Of a DNA stretch of 64,000 nt, positions 38,240-52,090 are shown one piece after another (positions within the stretch are counted from its first letter, which is position 1; the number at the start of each line of letters is the position of its first letter). Location: assembly GCF_006345805.1 (NCBI RefSeq), contig NC_043006.1, forward strand, positions 7,378,001-7,442,000, read 5' to 3'. This DNA comes from Octopus sinensis (Eukaryota). Made by a program: the position numbers and the translations under genes. Below the pieces are notes generated by a model. That model made no database searches. It was not told where the DNA came from and was given only the letters and a program-made list of their open reading frames with translations.

Positions 38240-41040
38240 TTTTAACTAAGATACGTACCATGTGATGATTAAATACTATGAAAAACAAAAAGCAAATACT
38301 ATCGTAATCAACCAAATACTTAACAGAAATGTATGTGTACCAAAAGAAAAAAATGATAAAAAAGGGTATTGAATTAAAGAAAAACGTTACTGTTACAACG
38401 ATCACTTTGAATCAACCCGAAAAATTGTATAGGACAATAGACTGTAACAGTATAGGAGTTGATAAGAAGCACGCTAGGGAAACATTAGAAACATTTGGAA
38501 ACCGATTTTTGGAAACAAAAATAATTATAAGAGAAAAACAATACCCGGTTCTGAGAGTATGTAGCAGTAATTGAATCGAAAAACCATTTCCAGAGAACAT
38601 GAAAATGGTTTTTCAATTTCAATTATCTGATTTGAGGCTTGCTTTAAGCAAATTTTGCGAGCTTGAATTATAGGCATACGTTTACGTCAACACACTTAAA
38701 GTCAACAGAGATGAAGGCACACGCTATCAGCAATGTACAAAGAATTTATGCAGGTTGTTTTCAAGGATATAATTTTGACAGTCAGGTTTTTCTCTTATGC
38801 TGTTTCCAGTTTAAATTTATAGTTTATAGCAGGGAATATTTTGTTTGAAGCATCCTCGCATTTAAAATCGTGTTTGTCTGTTTGCGCTATATAATCATCA
38901 TATGGTACGTGTTTTTGAAAACGTTCTGAAAAGGTTGTGTAATGTAATTTGGTTTCTTTTACATGCTTGTCTTGAAAGGAGAGTGCCAGTCTTCATATTT
39001 AAAACTTTTGATTGCTTTAAAAGAAACTGAACTGCCAAGCAACAACGTTTGCTTTCACATCATCTTAACAAATAGATGAATAACGTAGATAGCCCCTTTT
39101 CAGTTGGACATCAATGATGCCAAGAAAAGACCAATACAATACAAGATGCATCTACCTTCCGGTCATTCATTTCATGTGATAATATTCAAAACGCTCCCTA
39201 AAATACAGCCCAACAGACACTTTAACTTTTATAATATAATGGAGTGCCTATAGAGAGAAAAGGGTAAATGCTGAAGTTCTGCGAGACAACTAATCTGCTA
39301 TTTTTAACAATGAGTTAATACAAAGTGCCAAGGTTCGAATAAGAATTTGCCACGCCCTTACATGCGCAGCAAGATATCCACGCGTTTGTAAATGGGACGT
39401 TTATAGAAACCGCAGTTTGTATATCAGTTTAACGTGGATATGGTGAACACTTTTACAGCAAGAATGAAAATGTAATACAACTGAGAGTTGTTTTCATCTC
39501 CAGAAACACATCTACTATGAGGTCAACCCTAACATAGATATCTACCGGAAACCTATAAGAGAATAACACTTCCGGTTCTAGATTTCATATTATGCCGTTA
39601 CCTTTAAATAGGTTAACAGAGACAAGAAATGTATATAATATATTGGTGTTATCCAGTAAGACATCACTTTGTCGATTTGACTGAATGAATATAAAAAAAA
39701 GCTGGCAATGAAACAAAATAAACTGAGTAGAGAAACAAAATAAAAGAAAACCTCTCCAATTCTGCATTCTTCAAATATTGGGGCCTAAATGAGATGAGGG
39801 TAAACATTTTGTATATTAAATGTAACCGAACACAAATTAAAAATTAAAGGCTTTTGGCAAAATAAAACAAAATATATTAAAAACTAATCTAATATTCTTT
39901 TATTCTTTTAGGCTTTTATACATTTTGGCCCTAAGGCTGTGGCTATGCTGGAGCATCGAAGATTATAAATACGATTGAAATGCCATTTATAACACATAGA
40001 TCTGTGGAACTGGTTTAGGAAAAAGTAAATTCTCTAGAATGTAGTACACAAAACTGTTACAACACCACATACTAGACAGTAAGCTTGACAACAATGCATC
40101 ACTAGCAGAGAAAATAGGGACTATTTAGAGGCAACGGACAATATCTTACTATAAGATTGCTTGATTCGCACTCTTGTGGAATATTGTCGAAAAAGTAACG
40201 AATCGATTGTATTCGTAATATCAAACAATCACAATTAATTGCCTCAAAAATTGATCAGCTAGAAAGAGATTTGCAAATGCGCATACGTCGGTTATAGTGA
40301 AGGACTAGGAAAACATATATTTACGTAGCCGATTCTTATTATAGCAAAACCCTTTAAGTAAAGAGAAATATCAGTGGCCTGAATACATAAAACTGGTCTG
40401 AATGTGGAAGCAACTGTCACAGTATCCGATATAAAGGAACAGGCTGTCATCATTTGTTATATTGAAAAGACTCGTAGAATATAAGTGCCAAATCATTTGT
40501 GTAGAATATTTCCTAGATCCAACAAAGTATACCTGAATACTCAATTACGTTGCAAAGGTACTATACATGCATCTAAATCATAAATTCTACTGAATAGAGA
40601 AAAAATTTCTCTGGTACATATACATAAAAAGTATCCTACATGAAATTTGAATACTCCTCTTGTAAAATAAAATCACAATGTGAAAATATTATAGAAATTT
40701 ACCGAAATGATAGAACAACAGAAAGCGCAGAACTACGTCATTCATTCTATAATGAATGATATACATTGATATGAATGATATAAATTGCAATGGCGTATTA
40801 ATCATCAACGTAATAAATATAAATTAATGTATTACTGTACAGAAGTAATGGAAATACGCGAGTCTATCTGTTGAACTAATTTTTATGGGAATGAGGAAAA
40901 TGTCTGTCACCTCAATTGTATTTGGCACTTCTGACGTAATATACAATCTTCAGCCTAAAGACATTAAAATATTATAAATTTATAAAGATAGTCATCGACA
41001 CTTTGTAATGGACGGGAGAATCAGAATCTGTAAATGTTCA
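38240..41040 (+). mobile_element. Very old, fragmented R4/Dong-like LINE remnants
   Basis: Weak collinear motifs across stops and frameshifts: YNDHFESTRKIV / DKKHARETLETF (38390-38510), LWNIVEKVTNRLY..NN..LPQK (40170-40260). Boundaries uncertain. Confidence 0.35.
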
Positions 41041-41076
41041 AAGAACATTCTCACACAACATTGTTAAAAGTGTTAG

Positions 41077-41458
41077 TGGAGGCGCAATGGCCCAGTGGTT
41101 AGGGCAGCGGACTCGCGGTCGTAGGATCGCGGTTTCGATTCCCAGACCGGGTGTTGTGAGTGTTTATTGAGCGAAAACACCTAAAGCTCCACGAGGCTCC
41201 GGCAGGGGGTTGTGGTGATCCCTGATGTACTCTTTCACCACAACTTTCTCTCACTCTTACTTCCTGTTTCTGTTGTACCTGTATTTGAAAGGGCCGGCCT
41301 TGTCACTCTGTGTCACGCTGAATATTCCCGAGAACTGTGTTAAGGGTACACGTGTCTGTGGAGTGCTCAGCCACTTACACGTTAATTTCACGAGCAGGCT
41401 GTTCCGTTGATCAGATCAACCGGAACCCTCGTCGTCGTAACCGACGGAGTGCTTCCAT
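41077..41458 (+). mobile_element. SINE family B, full length, 12-bp TSD
   Basis: tRNA head TGGCCCAGTGGTTAGGG / GGTTTCGATTCC; TSD TTAAAAGTG(T/C)TA at 41064-41075 and 41460-41471. Confidence 0.92.
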
Positions 41459-41727
41459 ATTAAAAGTGCTACTGTTGGAGATTTTGTTACTCTTAAACCT
41501 ATTTCTGAACAACGAAGATTCCCCGTTAACCTTGGACGTCTTTGTTACATCTGAGTACAATCTTCTAAGAATGTTTTCCGTCGAACAATAATTGTTAATT
41601 TTCAACATTATCGTAACCATGGATATGTTTGTTAACCTTAAACCATATTATTCATGCTTCCCATGCTGCAAATATATTTTTTTTGCAAGAAATAAGATAC
41701 TCAGTGCATTGTTCAAAACATGAATAC

Positions 41728-41891
<164 letters not shown>

Positions 41892-42814
41892 GACAACAAA
41901 TCACAGCACATACCCAAGGCACATAGAGCTGCGCTCGGTAGTGAAGTGAAAACACGCTATAAAAATAAAAATACTGAATAATAATAATAACAACAACAAC
42001 AACAACTACAACAACAAGAAGAAGTATTTCCCATTCTGAATGCATATTTTACATCCACACTCAACAAAAAATATCGCAAGGTTCTCACATAAAATTTGGA
42101 GGGAAAATAGCCCGCATCCAAACGTAACATTGGAACCCAGCAGAGTAACGAACTAAAAACGGTACGATTTCTAAGCCACAGAAATCTTTGAAATCGGGGA
42201 AAAGCACAGAGAAAAAGAAAGAATAGATGGCAAAAGTACAAGAACATAAAACGAACATTGATTTTTTTTTACTTTTAAAAAATGTAAATCACGAAGATAG
42301 ACATAACACGTGCAAAACGAGCAATATCAACATGAAAACACAAAAGTAAGCAATAGAACAGTTACAGAGCACTAACAAAAGTCGAGAAAAACAATAAATA
42401 AATTAAGCAGCAAAGCAGAGTGCGATGAGGATCTCAGAACTGGAAATTATAATGACAGAAATCATGAACATGATAATACAAAGAAATAAAAATGCTGAAA
42501 TAAATGAACAAATGAACCGAACGATAAAAGAGCAATAAAATATTGTTTCTAATTTAGGTACAGACCAGTATTTTATATGGAACAGATTACATCGACACCA
42601 GTATGAGACTGATACTTTATTTTACCGACCTCATCAGGATGAAAAGCTGACGTCAGATGTGTTTAAACTCAGAAGGTAAAATGCCAGAAGAAACTATACA
42701 TACATGCTATGTTGTTCAAGGCTCTTAATAATCCTGGTTGTCCAACGTTTAACAGGAACAATAGGAATTAACTCAAAATTGGTCAACACATAATTGAAAA
42801 GAAATGCAAACATC

Positions 42815-43222
42815 ATAGGCGCAGGAGTGGCTCTGTGGTAAGTAGCTTGCTAACCAACCACATGGTTCCGGGTTCAGTCCCACTGCGTGGCATCTTGGGC
42901 AAGTGTCTTCTACTATAGCCCCGGGCCGACCAATGCCTTGTGAGTGGATTTGGTAGACGGAAACTGAAAGAAGCCTGTCGTATATATGTATGTGTGTGTG
43001 TGTTTGTGTGTCTGTGTTTGTCCCCCCCTAGCATTGCTTGACAACCGATGCTGGTGTGTTTACGTCCCCGTAACTTAGCGGTTCGGCAAAAGAGACCGAC
43101 AGAATAAGTACTGGGCTTACAAAGAATAAGTCCCGGGGTCGATTTGCTCGACTAAAAGGCGGTGCTCCAGCATGGCCGCAGTCAAATGACTGAAACAAGT
43201 AAAAGAGTAAAGAGTAAAAGAG
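42815..43222 (+). mobile_element. SINE family A, full length
   Basis: Complete match. Confidence 0.93.
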
Positions 43223-43232
43223 TATCATTCAC

Positions 43233-43348
43233 AGAATGCTACATGGTATAATAAATAGAATGCTACATGGTATAATAAATAGAATGCTACATGGTATAAT
43301 AAATAGAATGCTACATGGTATAATAAATAGAATGCTACATGGTATAAT
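43233..43348 (+). repeat. 24-bp minisatellite, ~4.8 identical copies
   Basis: AGAATGCTACATGGTATAATAAAT at 43233, 43257, 43281, 43305 and 43329. Confidence 0.95.
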
Positions 43349-45167
43349 AGATGCAGCAGCCACAGTAGTTTGATACTCACTCTGATCTACTCATATCATA
43401 AGGAAATAAGCTCCTTCACAATGATACAAGCAATATGATTTTTAAAAGAAATATCCCTCACTCTTTTACGAATAGATAAAAGGAAAAACAAAATAGTCAA
43501 ATCGCAAATAACATTGGTCTGCATTTGGGATTTTTTTTTATTCATGGATGCGCAAAATCGTAGAAGTTTACCTTTCGCAATTAATCTATAAACATTGCAG
43601 TGAACATTTCAAAATCAGGTAAGAGATATTGCTTTCAGCAGATTACAAATAACAAGTAAATATTTTAGTGAACAGTTCCAGCATGGTCAGTGAACATCAT
43701 AGTGAAAAGATCACAACTTGCAAAAATACATCTTGTGAATTGTCTGTAAGTGAGGAAGAGATAATACCAGTTTATATATATGGTGAACTTGCATTGTCGT
43801 ATGCAGGTCACACGTAATAAATGAACTGTTCAAAAGGTCGAATGATCATTGCGGTAAAGAGTTGACGACTGGTGAATTGAAATTGCGTTGAATGGAGTTC
43901 TTAACTAGCGTGCAGAATTTGTAATGTGCGTGTTATATATGTATGCAGATATTGGTGCGAAAGTCTATATGTGAATATAGATTATAGATAGCAGATAATA
44001 AACATAGATGAATGAAATATTGCAGTAAATATGCAGAAGCAGTAAATAAACACTATGTTGAACGATTCACGACCAATAAGCAGAAATTGGTGTCAATAAT
44101 TCACAACGTCTATGAGATGTGAAACAACCAGTTAACAGGCATTGAACAAATCACAACTAGTGAGTGTTCATTTCGGGAAACTTTCAGAAGTATCAATGAA
44201 CGTTTCACAGTAAACATTGCAGAAGGGAGTTCAAAACTGAATACAATTCATAATGAAATACATCGAGATATATTCCGGTTGATATTTTTACAAATACTGA
44301 GCAGCCTTACAGTTCGTGATTGAACTTAACACTGGACATTTTCTAGAGCAAGAATAGTGAAATGCATATGCAGGAAATTAAAAGCTAGTTGCAGACGGAT
44401 GAAAACAATCTGAATTACATGCACTTTTCATATATTTCCAATATAGAAGTAAAAATTGTTATTCATTAAGCGTGTAAACAGGTATAATTTGAAAGTAGTG
44501 TTAAAAAGGACATATATAATCTTACAATAAGGGACATTTTGCAAGATAAAATTTCCAAGTCTTCAGGTGCACAAATATACACTATTGAACATACGACTGT
44601 GAATAATAGGTGAAAATGTTAGTTGTGCATAATATTTTGTGGTAGATATATTAAGAAAAATGCCCATTCATATATTCGTGTTTTACAAATTCAATCAATA
44701 ATGTTTCGGAGTTTTTCGTACATACTTTCTTCTAAGCAAATTTAGTGTGCACCACTGGATACTGCCTTGTGCTAAAAGGTACTTATAAGTGTTTTCAGAA
44801 ATTATTCTGTCGAGGTTAGCTAAAAGAAAAACCAAAAACAGCTGACTCGTGGTTGCTGTGAAGTCAAACTGCGCAAAGAGAGGCAGCTTAGTACTTCTCA
44901 CCAATGAGCGCTTACATTTCCTAAAAAGACTTTGGGATTAAGAAATTTGGTTCACAAACGCGTAGTTCATTCCAGTCCCGTAACACCTTTGGAAAGATTT
45001 TCGGTAGTCTCAGACAAACCAATAACTAGTGAGTGACGTTTGGCTGACGGGAACAGTTCGGAAGCTCAACGTATGTATGTATGTATGTATGTATGTATGT
45101 ATGTATATGTATGTATGTATGTAGTATGTATGTATGTATGTATGTATTTATGTATGTATATATATAT

Positions 45168-45389
45168 GTTTTGTATACATTCGAGGTTTTCTTCCAAGGA
45201 ATCTAATGCGCTTGGCTTAGATTTTCCTTTGGGGCTGGCCAGGTCGGAGCAATCTCAAGATTAATCAGCCGAAATTGCGAGGATGATCCGGTTCTTGACT
45301 GAAGATTGAAGGCTTCGAATGTTCCGTCCCTGTTTTTTGTATCGTCTCCGAAATGTTTTGCATTCTTGTCCCAGTTTGTATTATTTTAC

Positions 45390-45392
<3 letters not shown>
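45168..45392. mobile_element. Penelope-like tail, copy 1
   Basis: Closely similar to 45913-46140; contains CTGAAGA and CCGAAA hammerhead-like fragments; bounded by microsatellites. Confidence 0.5.
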
Positions 45393-45439
<47 letters not shown>

Positions 45440-45689
45440 CGGCGCCCGTACCCCTTTGGTCTTATATGTAAGTACATATTTCTTTAAACTTGGTATGACT
45501 CTGTAACACTGTCTCTCTCCCCTCTCTCCTACTTTTCTCTGACTTTGATACTTTGCACTCCACTTTGATCTGTCTCTTTCTCTCTCTCTCTCTTCTCCTC
45601 CTCCTCCTTTGTTCCTTGTTCCCCATTTTTTCTCTCTTCCTCTGTCCCTCTTTTCCTCTCTCTTCTCCTCACACGTGACTAACTGACCG

Positions 45690-46139
45690 ATTTCCGGCCT
45701 TTTCGTGGTTAGCAGTCGTCGCGGCAAGACACATTTTTTTTTCTCTCTCTGCCCCAAGGCACTTTTCTAACACGCCAGCTCAAAGTTTACTCATCCTGTC
45801 GAAAAGACGCCTGTCTGTGACGTCCTGTTTTTGTTATTATTATTATTATCATTATTATTTTTACGTATTTTTGTATTCTTATTCGTGTAACATCGTCTGT
45901 TTTTCCGTCCTTGTTTTGTATACATTCGAGGCTTTCTTCCAAGGAATCTAATGCGCTTGGCTTAGATTTTCCTTTGGGGCTGGCCAGGTCGGAGCAATCT
46001 AAAGATTAATCAGTCGAAATTGCGAGGTTGATCCGGTTCTTGACTGAAGAGTGAAGGCTTCGAATGTCCCGTCCGTGTTTTTTGTATCGTCTCCTAAATG
46101 TTGTGCGTTCTTTCCCAGTTTGTATTATTTTACTTATAC

Positions 46140-46140
<1 letters not shown>
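45690..46140. mobile_element. Penelope-like tail, copy 2 (longer)
   Basis: 45913-46140 duplicates 45168-45392 in direct orientation. Confidence 0.5.
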
Positions 46141-46172
<32 letters not shown>

Positions 46173-46223
46173 TGTATGTATGTATGTATATATTATATAT
46201 ATATATATATATGTATGTATATG

Positions 46224-46301
<78 letters not shown>

Positions 46302-47411
46302 AGCAGCTTAGAGAAGAAGAAGAAACGAAACCAAACGAAACCAAACGAATCGAATCGCCGCGAAGGCGCTCAGTCATACAATAGTGTATAAATAAAATAT
46401 ATGTATACATACAAACACATATGTACGTATATATATATTTATATATGCATGTATATATACATATATATATATATTTATATATATATATATATAGATAGAT
46501 AGATAGATACATCTTATCTCACATGTCCAGAAATGGCAGTTTCAGTAAGCCAGTGACCGGCTCATTGCAAAACCTATGAGCCACGACATAGTCTTAAAAC
46601 AATAATGATTAAAATGTGTTTCATCAAGTAAAATTTTACATTTCGTTTCGCAGATGTTTGATTCATACACTGCATCGAATTAATTGATTTTCTCTCCAGA
46701 AAATGTGTAATAATTTATTAGTAAAACAATTGAATACAAGACAGAGAATAACGTTCAGTCATTGAAATGGCTCATTGAAATAGTTCAAATGAGAATAAAT
46801 TCTTCCATCGCTTGAACTGTTTTTAATAATTGATTATGTCATTAATTAATCTTGAATAATGGAAAGCAAAATATAATTTATATGCCATTAATTGATATTT
46901 AATAATGGCAAACAAAACGTAATATCTAGTCAGTCAAATCACATATATGAGGAACTGGTAACTCAGTGAAAAAAGAATAAAATGGAATTTAGTTCCAAAC
47001 GTAATCAGATCTAATTATTGACGAGCACCTTAACTTTCAAAACAATAACAATGGGTTTCGAGACGAACATCTTGCGATTCATACCGCTTCTTTATCTCGT
47101 ATAACTTAAGGACAAATACCTTCGAAAGTAGCGATAATCAAATGCAAAATGATGTTCCAAGGCTACTGTGGAGAGAAATATGTTTTAATACGTATAGTCA
47201 ACATTGACGTATTGGTTAAACTTGACATATTCACTGTTCTATGAAGATAAATTCAGTGAGAATTACTGTAGAATTGTTAAATGGTCAATAGTTACGGACT
47301 TACGTGTTACATATACTATCAAAGACTTATACATAATGTGTGTATACAGGCAAATACATGCGCACACACACGACTGTCTCACTTGAATTACTATATACAC
47401 ACACACACACG

Positions 47412-47483
<72 letters not shown>

Positions 47484-47487
47484 CGTG

Positions 47488-47770
47488 TGGAGGCACAATG
47501 GCCCAGTGGTTAGGGCAGCGGACTCGCGGTTGTAGGATCGCAGTTTCGATTCTCAGACCGGGAGTTGTGAGCGAAAACACCTAAAGCTCCACGAGTCTCC
47601 GGCAGTGGGGGGCATCCCTGCTGTACTCTTTCGCTGCAACTTTCTCTCACTCTTTCTTCTGTTAGTCAGCGGGGGGGGGGGTGTGTGGCTAAAACAATGC
47701 GAAGTGCATTGTGACCAGCGATGTGTAGCAACATCTGGTAGCCTGGTCGGTCACGGTGATCACGGTGATG
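47488..47770 (+). mobile_element. SINE family B head with alternative 3' tail (GTGACCAGCGATGTGTAGCAAC...CACGGTGAT)
   Basis: Head matches 41077; tail matches the reverse complement of 30853-30968. Confidence 0.85.
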
Positions 47771-48138
47771 TACTCGTATATATATATATACATACACACA
47801 CATACAAACTTGTTGGACTTAGAACAGATGAAGGACTGACGATGTGCCGTGAAAAAAAGTGAACTAGTAGGTAAGATATGTTTAAAGATGCAAGAAGAGA
47901 ACCGCGCTGGTGAGTTGACACCATATCACTGCATCATACACCAGGAAACGCTTTGCGCTAAAGCCTTCAAAATGGAACATGCAATGAGCAGTGTAACGCA
48001 AACCGTAACCTTTATCCGTGCCAACGGGTTAAATCCCCGCCAATTTCAGTCTTTCCTGCGTGAAATACATTCAGAGTTCGGTGACGTGCCTTGTCATATG
48101 GAGGTGCGGTGGCTCAGTCGGGTAAAGGTCCTCAATAT

Positions 48139-48370
48139 ATTTTTCTTTATTGCCCACAAGGGGCTAAACACAGAGGGGACAAACAAGGACAGACAAAAGG
48201 ATTAAGTCGATTACATCGACCCCAGTGCGAAACTGGTACTTAATTTATCGACCCCGAAAGGATGAAAGGCAAAGTCGACATCGGCGGAATTTGAACTCAG
48301 AACGTAACGACAGACGAAATACCGCTAAGCATTTCGACCGGTGCGCTAACGTGTCTGCCAGCTCGCCGCC
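48139..48370 (-). mobile_element. SINE family C inserted in the hAT transposase
   Basis: Interrupts ...RVKVL/NIVFEL; CCTCAATAT duplicated at 48130, 48369 and 48378. Confidence 0.93.
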
Positions 48371-48887
48371 TCAATATCCTCAATATAGTTTTCGAGCTGG
48401 TTGAGGAAATATGTCAGTTCATGGACAGTAAAGGAAAAGAATCCAAAGTTTTGTGGGATGAAAAGTTGAAATGCGATTTGGCGTTTCTGGTTGACATAAC
48501 TGTGCATTTCATTGTTTTAAACATCCAGCTCCAGGGACGGGATCGCATGATCTGTGATATGTATGACGCCGTGAATTCATTTCACGTGAAGCTGCGCTTA
48601 TGGGAGACACAATTGCACCAATTGAACTTGTCCCACTTTCCCTATTGCTAAGTAATTTTGAGTCAAGTCAGCGCCACGGTGTTCCCAAGGCAACACTTAG
48701 CTGATAAATTGAGTGTGCTCCTCATTGAATTCGCACGACGCTTTAGTGACTTTGAAGCACAGGAAAATAATTTCAAGCTGCTTCGCAACTCATTTGCCGT
48801 CAATGTGGAAACTGCACCAGTACAGATTCAAATGGAGCTGATGGAACTGCAGAGTAATGGGACATTAAAAGCAAAATACGACTCTGT

Positions 48888-49067
48888 GGGGCCCGCAAAG
48901 TTCACTCGCTTCATACTTGAAGCAATGCCCCTGGGGCCCGCACAGTTCACTCGCTTCATACCTGAAGCAATGCCCCTGGAGCCCGGAAAGTTCACTCGCT
49001 TCATACCTGAAGCAATGCACCTGAGGTCCGCACAGTTCATTCGCTTCATACCTGAAGCAACGCCCCT
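48888..49067 (+). repeat. In-frame 45-bp tandem x4 inside the transposase
   Basis: GPAKFTRFILEAMPL / GPAQFTRFIPEAMPL / EPGKFTRFIPEAMHL / RSAQFIRFIPEATPL. Confidence 0.95.
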
Positions 49068-49999
49068 GCTCCCTTTACATGCAATTTGAATCCTGTCCTT
49101 GTTTGGAAGCACGTATCTGTGCGAGCAGCTGCTCTCTGTGATGAAGATAAATAAAATGTCACATAAGAGTCGTCTCACAGATGGACACCTGCAATACATC
49201 CTGAGATTCGCAACACCACAGAACCTTGCTCCCAAACATCAATGAACTCGTCGCCAAGAAAAGGTGCCAAGTGAGCAGCTCGGACAAAATTGCATAAATA
49301 AAATTGAAAGTTTTGATTTATTATTTTAATTTTCACTAAAAATCACATTTTTATTTACATTTTCTTACTCTTAACAAGCTCTTATTTAAAAAATTTATAA
49401 TTTTGACAGGAGATACTTTTATGCAGAGCAAAATATCTTAAGTAATTTAAGTGAAAGTTAATTTATTTTTGGAATAAAATTATATACCATCTGTTTCAAT
49501 ACATGTTCATTTCTTTTTCTTTTACTAGTTTCAGTCATTTGATTGCGGCCATGCTGGAGCACCGCCTTCAAGTTCAAAACGTTTTACTCCGTTCAATAAA
49601 TGTTTATCCTCTTCGGCCCGCAACCTTAAGTTTGCTTTGAATTTTGGCTCCCTGTGCGATTGAATTTGACACGCCCGTCTAGTCGAATACGTCGGCCCTG
49701 GTACTAATATTTTACAGCTGGTACATATTTTACAATTCTCTTTTGCCGAACTGCTAGTTAAGGTGACGTAAACGAGATAGTACAGGTTTTCAAGCGCTGA
49801 GAGAAAAAAAGAGAACCAAAGCAAATACAAGCAGACACACCCACACACAGAGAAACACACCCGCACACACACACACACTAAAAAAACAAACACATACACA
49901 CATATGATATACGTGGCCAAACTCCAGTGTTTGACCCGGGCTAATCAACGGCAGCATTCGTCCTATATTCCTGGACTGCCATGTTAGCTTGGCGATAAC

Positions 50000-50030
<31 letters not shown>

Positions 50031-50078
50031 TATATATATATAACAAAGTTGAGTTGTGGGGTATCGCACGAGTGGAAT

Positions 50079-50399
50079 TATATACGAAAGAAGGTTTGAA
50101 AATGCAATTTAAAAGATGTTTATTTACTTTACCGGTTTCTCTCTTTGGAAAAGATTATCAAAAGTAACATGTGGAAGTTTGGTTGCGTTAATTATTGGTT
50201 GTTGCAAATTGCTACATTACATATATATATACAGTCTTTGGACTGTATATATATATGTAATGTAGCAATTTGCAACAACCAATAATTAACGCAACCAAAC
50301 TTCCACATGTTACTTTTGATAATCTTTTTCCAAAGAGAGAAACCGGTAAAGTAAATAAACATCTTTTAAATTGCATTTTCAAACCTTCTTTCGTATATA
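50079..50399. repeat. 321-bp near-perfect palindrome carrying a degenerate hammerhead in each arm
   Basis: Arms of 158/159 bp, loop TTTG at 50237-50240; TTACTT-TTGATAA-[stem II]-GAAA-CCGG-TA-AAGTAA at 50310-50354 and its mirror at 50124-50167. Confidence 0.93.
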
Positions 50400-50606
50400 T
50401 AATATAATATATATATATATATTATACATAGTAGATATACATTGAAAATAAAAAAAAGGCTATTTATGACAGGTAACGACAAATATATACATTTAGATTG
50501 ACTGAGGTAGTAATACGAGTCATAAAAGTCATATTAAGAAATGATTATAAGATGGTAATAAAGTAAGAGAACAAAACGGACCATGGCTTACGCGAAGCTA
50601 TTCATC

Positions 50607-50648
<42 letters not shown>

Positions 50649-51809
50649 CATTACATATTCAGCCAATGTCTCTTGTTTATTACGCCAAGAACTTCTCTAT
50701 ATGCATATACAATTGGTCTTTCCGAAGATATTGTTTAAAATACTTCACAAATATGCCACAGAAGTATGAATGCGATCCGTGCGATTGCAGAGCGAACTAC
50801 TTAACCAAACAGCCAGTTCAATGCCTGTCGTTGTTTCCAAAATTTTATTAACTGCAAGTGTAGGACATAAATAGTTAATTTTCTAGTATGCGGCCTACAT
50901 TAAACAGGTTTAACGCTTTATATCATATTTTCTTGTCAATTTCCCACATCTGCATTCGGCTTAGATGCACGACTGTATTGTTCGATCAATCTATCAATCT
51001 CTAAGCATATCAACATGGCGATATCTGCAAAGTTATGTGCATATGCAGCATCACGTGTGCATGTGTATATGTGTATGTGTTTATGTATGCATACATGTGT
51101 GTATATATGTGTGGACGTGTTAGTGGGTTTCATTTTGCGTTTTAAAAAAACAATATAATGAAAGACACGAAAAAAAAAGGGAAATGCTGCGTGAGCAAAT
51201 CAGAAAATGTTTGAAGTTCATTTTTAATGAATGATACGTTATGCTATAGAAAGTAAAATTATATCTATGCATTTTTGTGATAATAATTTAATAGAATACA
51301 ATATATTTGTTGGAAAATTACATCAAGTGAAAAAAAAAAAACGTATAACAAATTTTTGCATTTCTGAAATGAATAATGTGTGTTTAGCGTAGCATATATT
51401 CCCGTGTGAATAGCTAAAATGTGGTTATGAAGTTGAAATTGAAAAACAAAAAAAGGAAAACTTCTAAAATATCTACACCCTTGAGGTACATACACCAGTT
51501 AATATTATAATGATGTTTTTCTTATGAAACTGGATTCGAAAATAATGTTAACAACCTCAAACGTTAATTATAATATTAATATCTGCTCTTCGAACAGTTT
51601 CTTCTATTGGGACACCGAAATATGGCAAACAGAATATGTTATAGTAACATTTTCTGGCAAAGTTTTATTATAGCAGACCATGAATCCCATCTGTCTATTT
51701 TTTCCGCTACATTTCTACCAGAATATCAGACCTAAAACTACTAGGTACCTGTATGTATACACACATACACACACACACACACACTCATATATATATATAT
51801 ATATATATA

Positions 51810-51898
<89 letters not shown>

Positions 51899-51900
51899 CA

Positions 51901-51937
<37 letters not shown>

Positions 51938-52090
51938 ATATTGTTGAAATAGAAAGATGAATTTTCTTGTTACAGATTTATCAAAGTTTAACCGATACCT
52001 GGGTAGCAAAAATCACAGCAGAAAATACACGGTTGGAGATAAGACCATTTGGTGTTGCAACCGTGCGTTGGTGCGGATAATTGAAGTTTA

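Larger units (their letters stand above)
47806..49677 (+). mobile_element. hAT transposon (Charlie/SPIN, GTF2IRD2-like) remnant: C-terminal half of transposase + 3' end
   Basis: YHCIIHQETLCAK, EVRWLSR, DLAFLVDIT..LNIQLQG, EFARRFSDF, FGSTYLCEQLLSVMKINK..SRLTDGHL; stops and frameshifts; 3' terminus CGGCCCGC...TTTGACACGCCCG. Confidence 0.88.

Noticed and set aside
43233-43348. 24-bp repeats as a CRISPR-like array
   Set aside because: Contiguous units with no spacers, eukaryotic context and no cas genes. The same holds for the 112-bp array.
45290-46110. Hammerheads in the duplicated tails
   Set aside because: CTGAAGA and GAAA-like words exist, but I could not build all three stems.
49510-49900. 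Interleaved SINE-A pieces around the hAT 3' end as a novel composite element
   Set aside because: Explainable by an independent short tail insertion plus hAT insertion into an older SINE; too degenerate to resolve.
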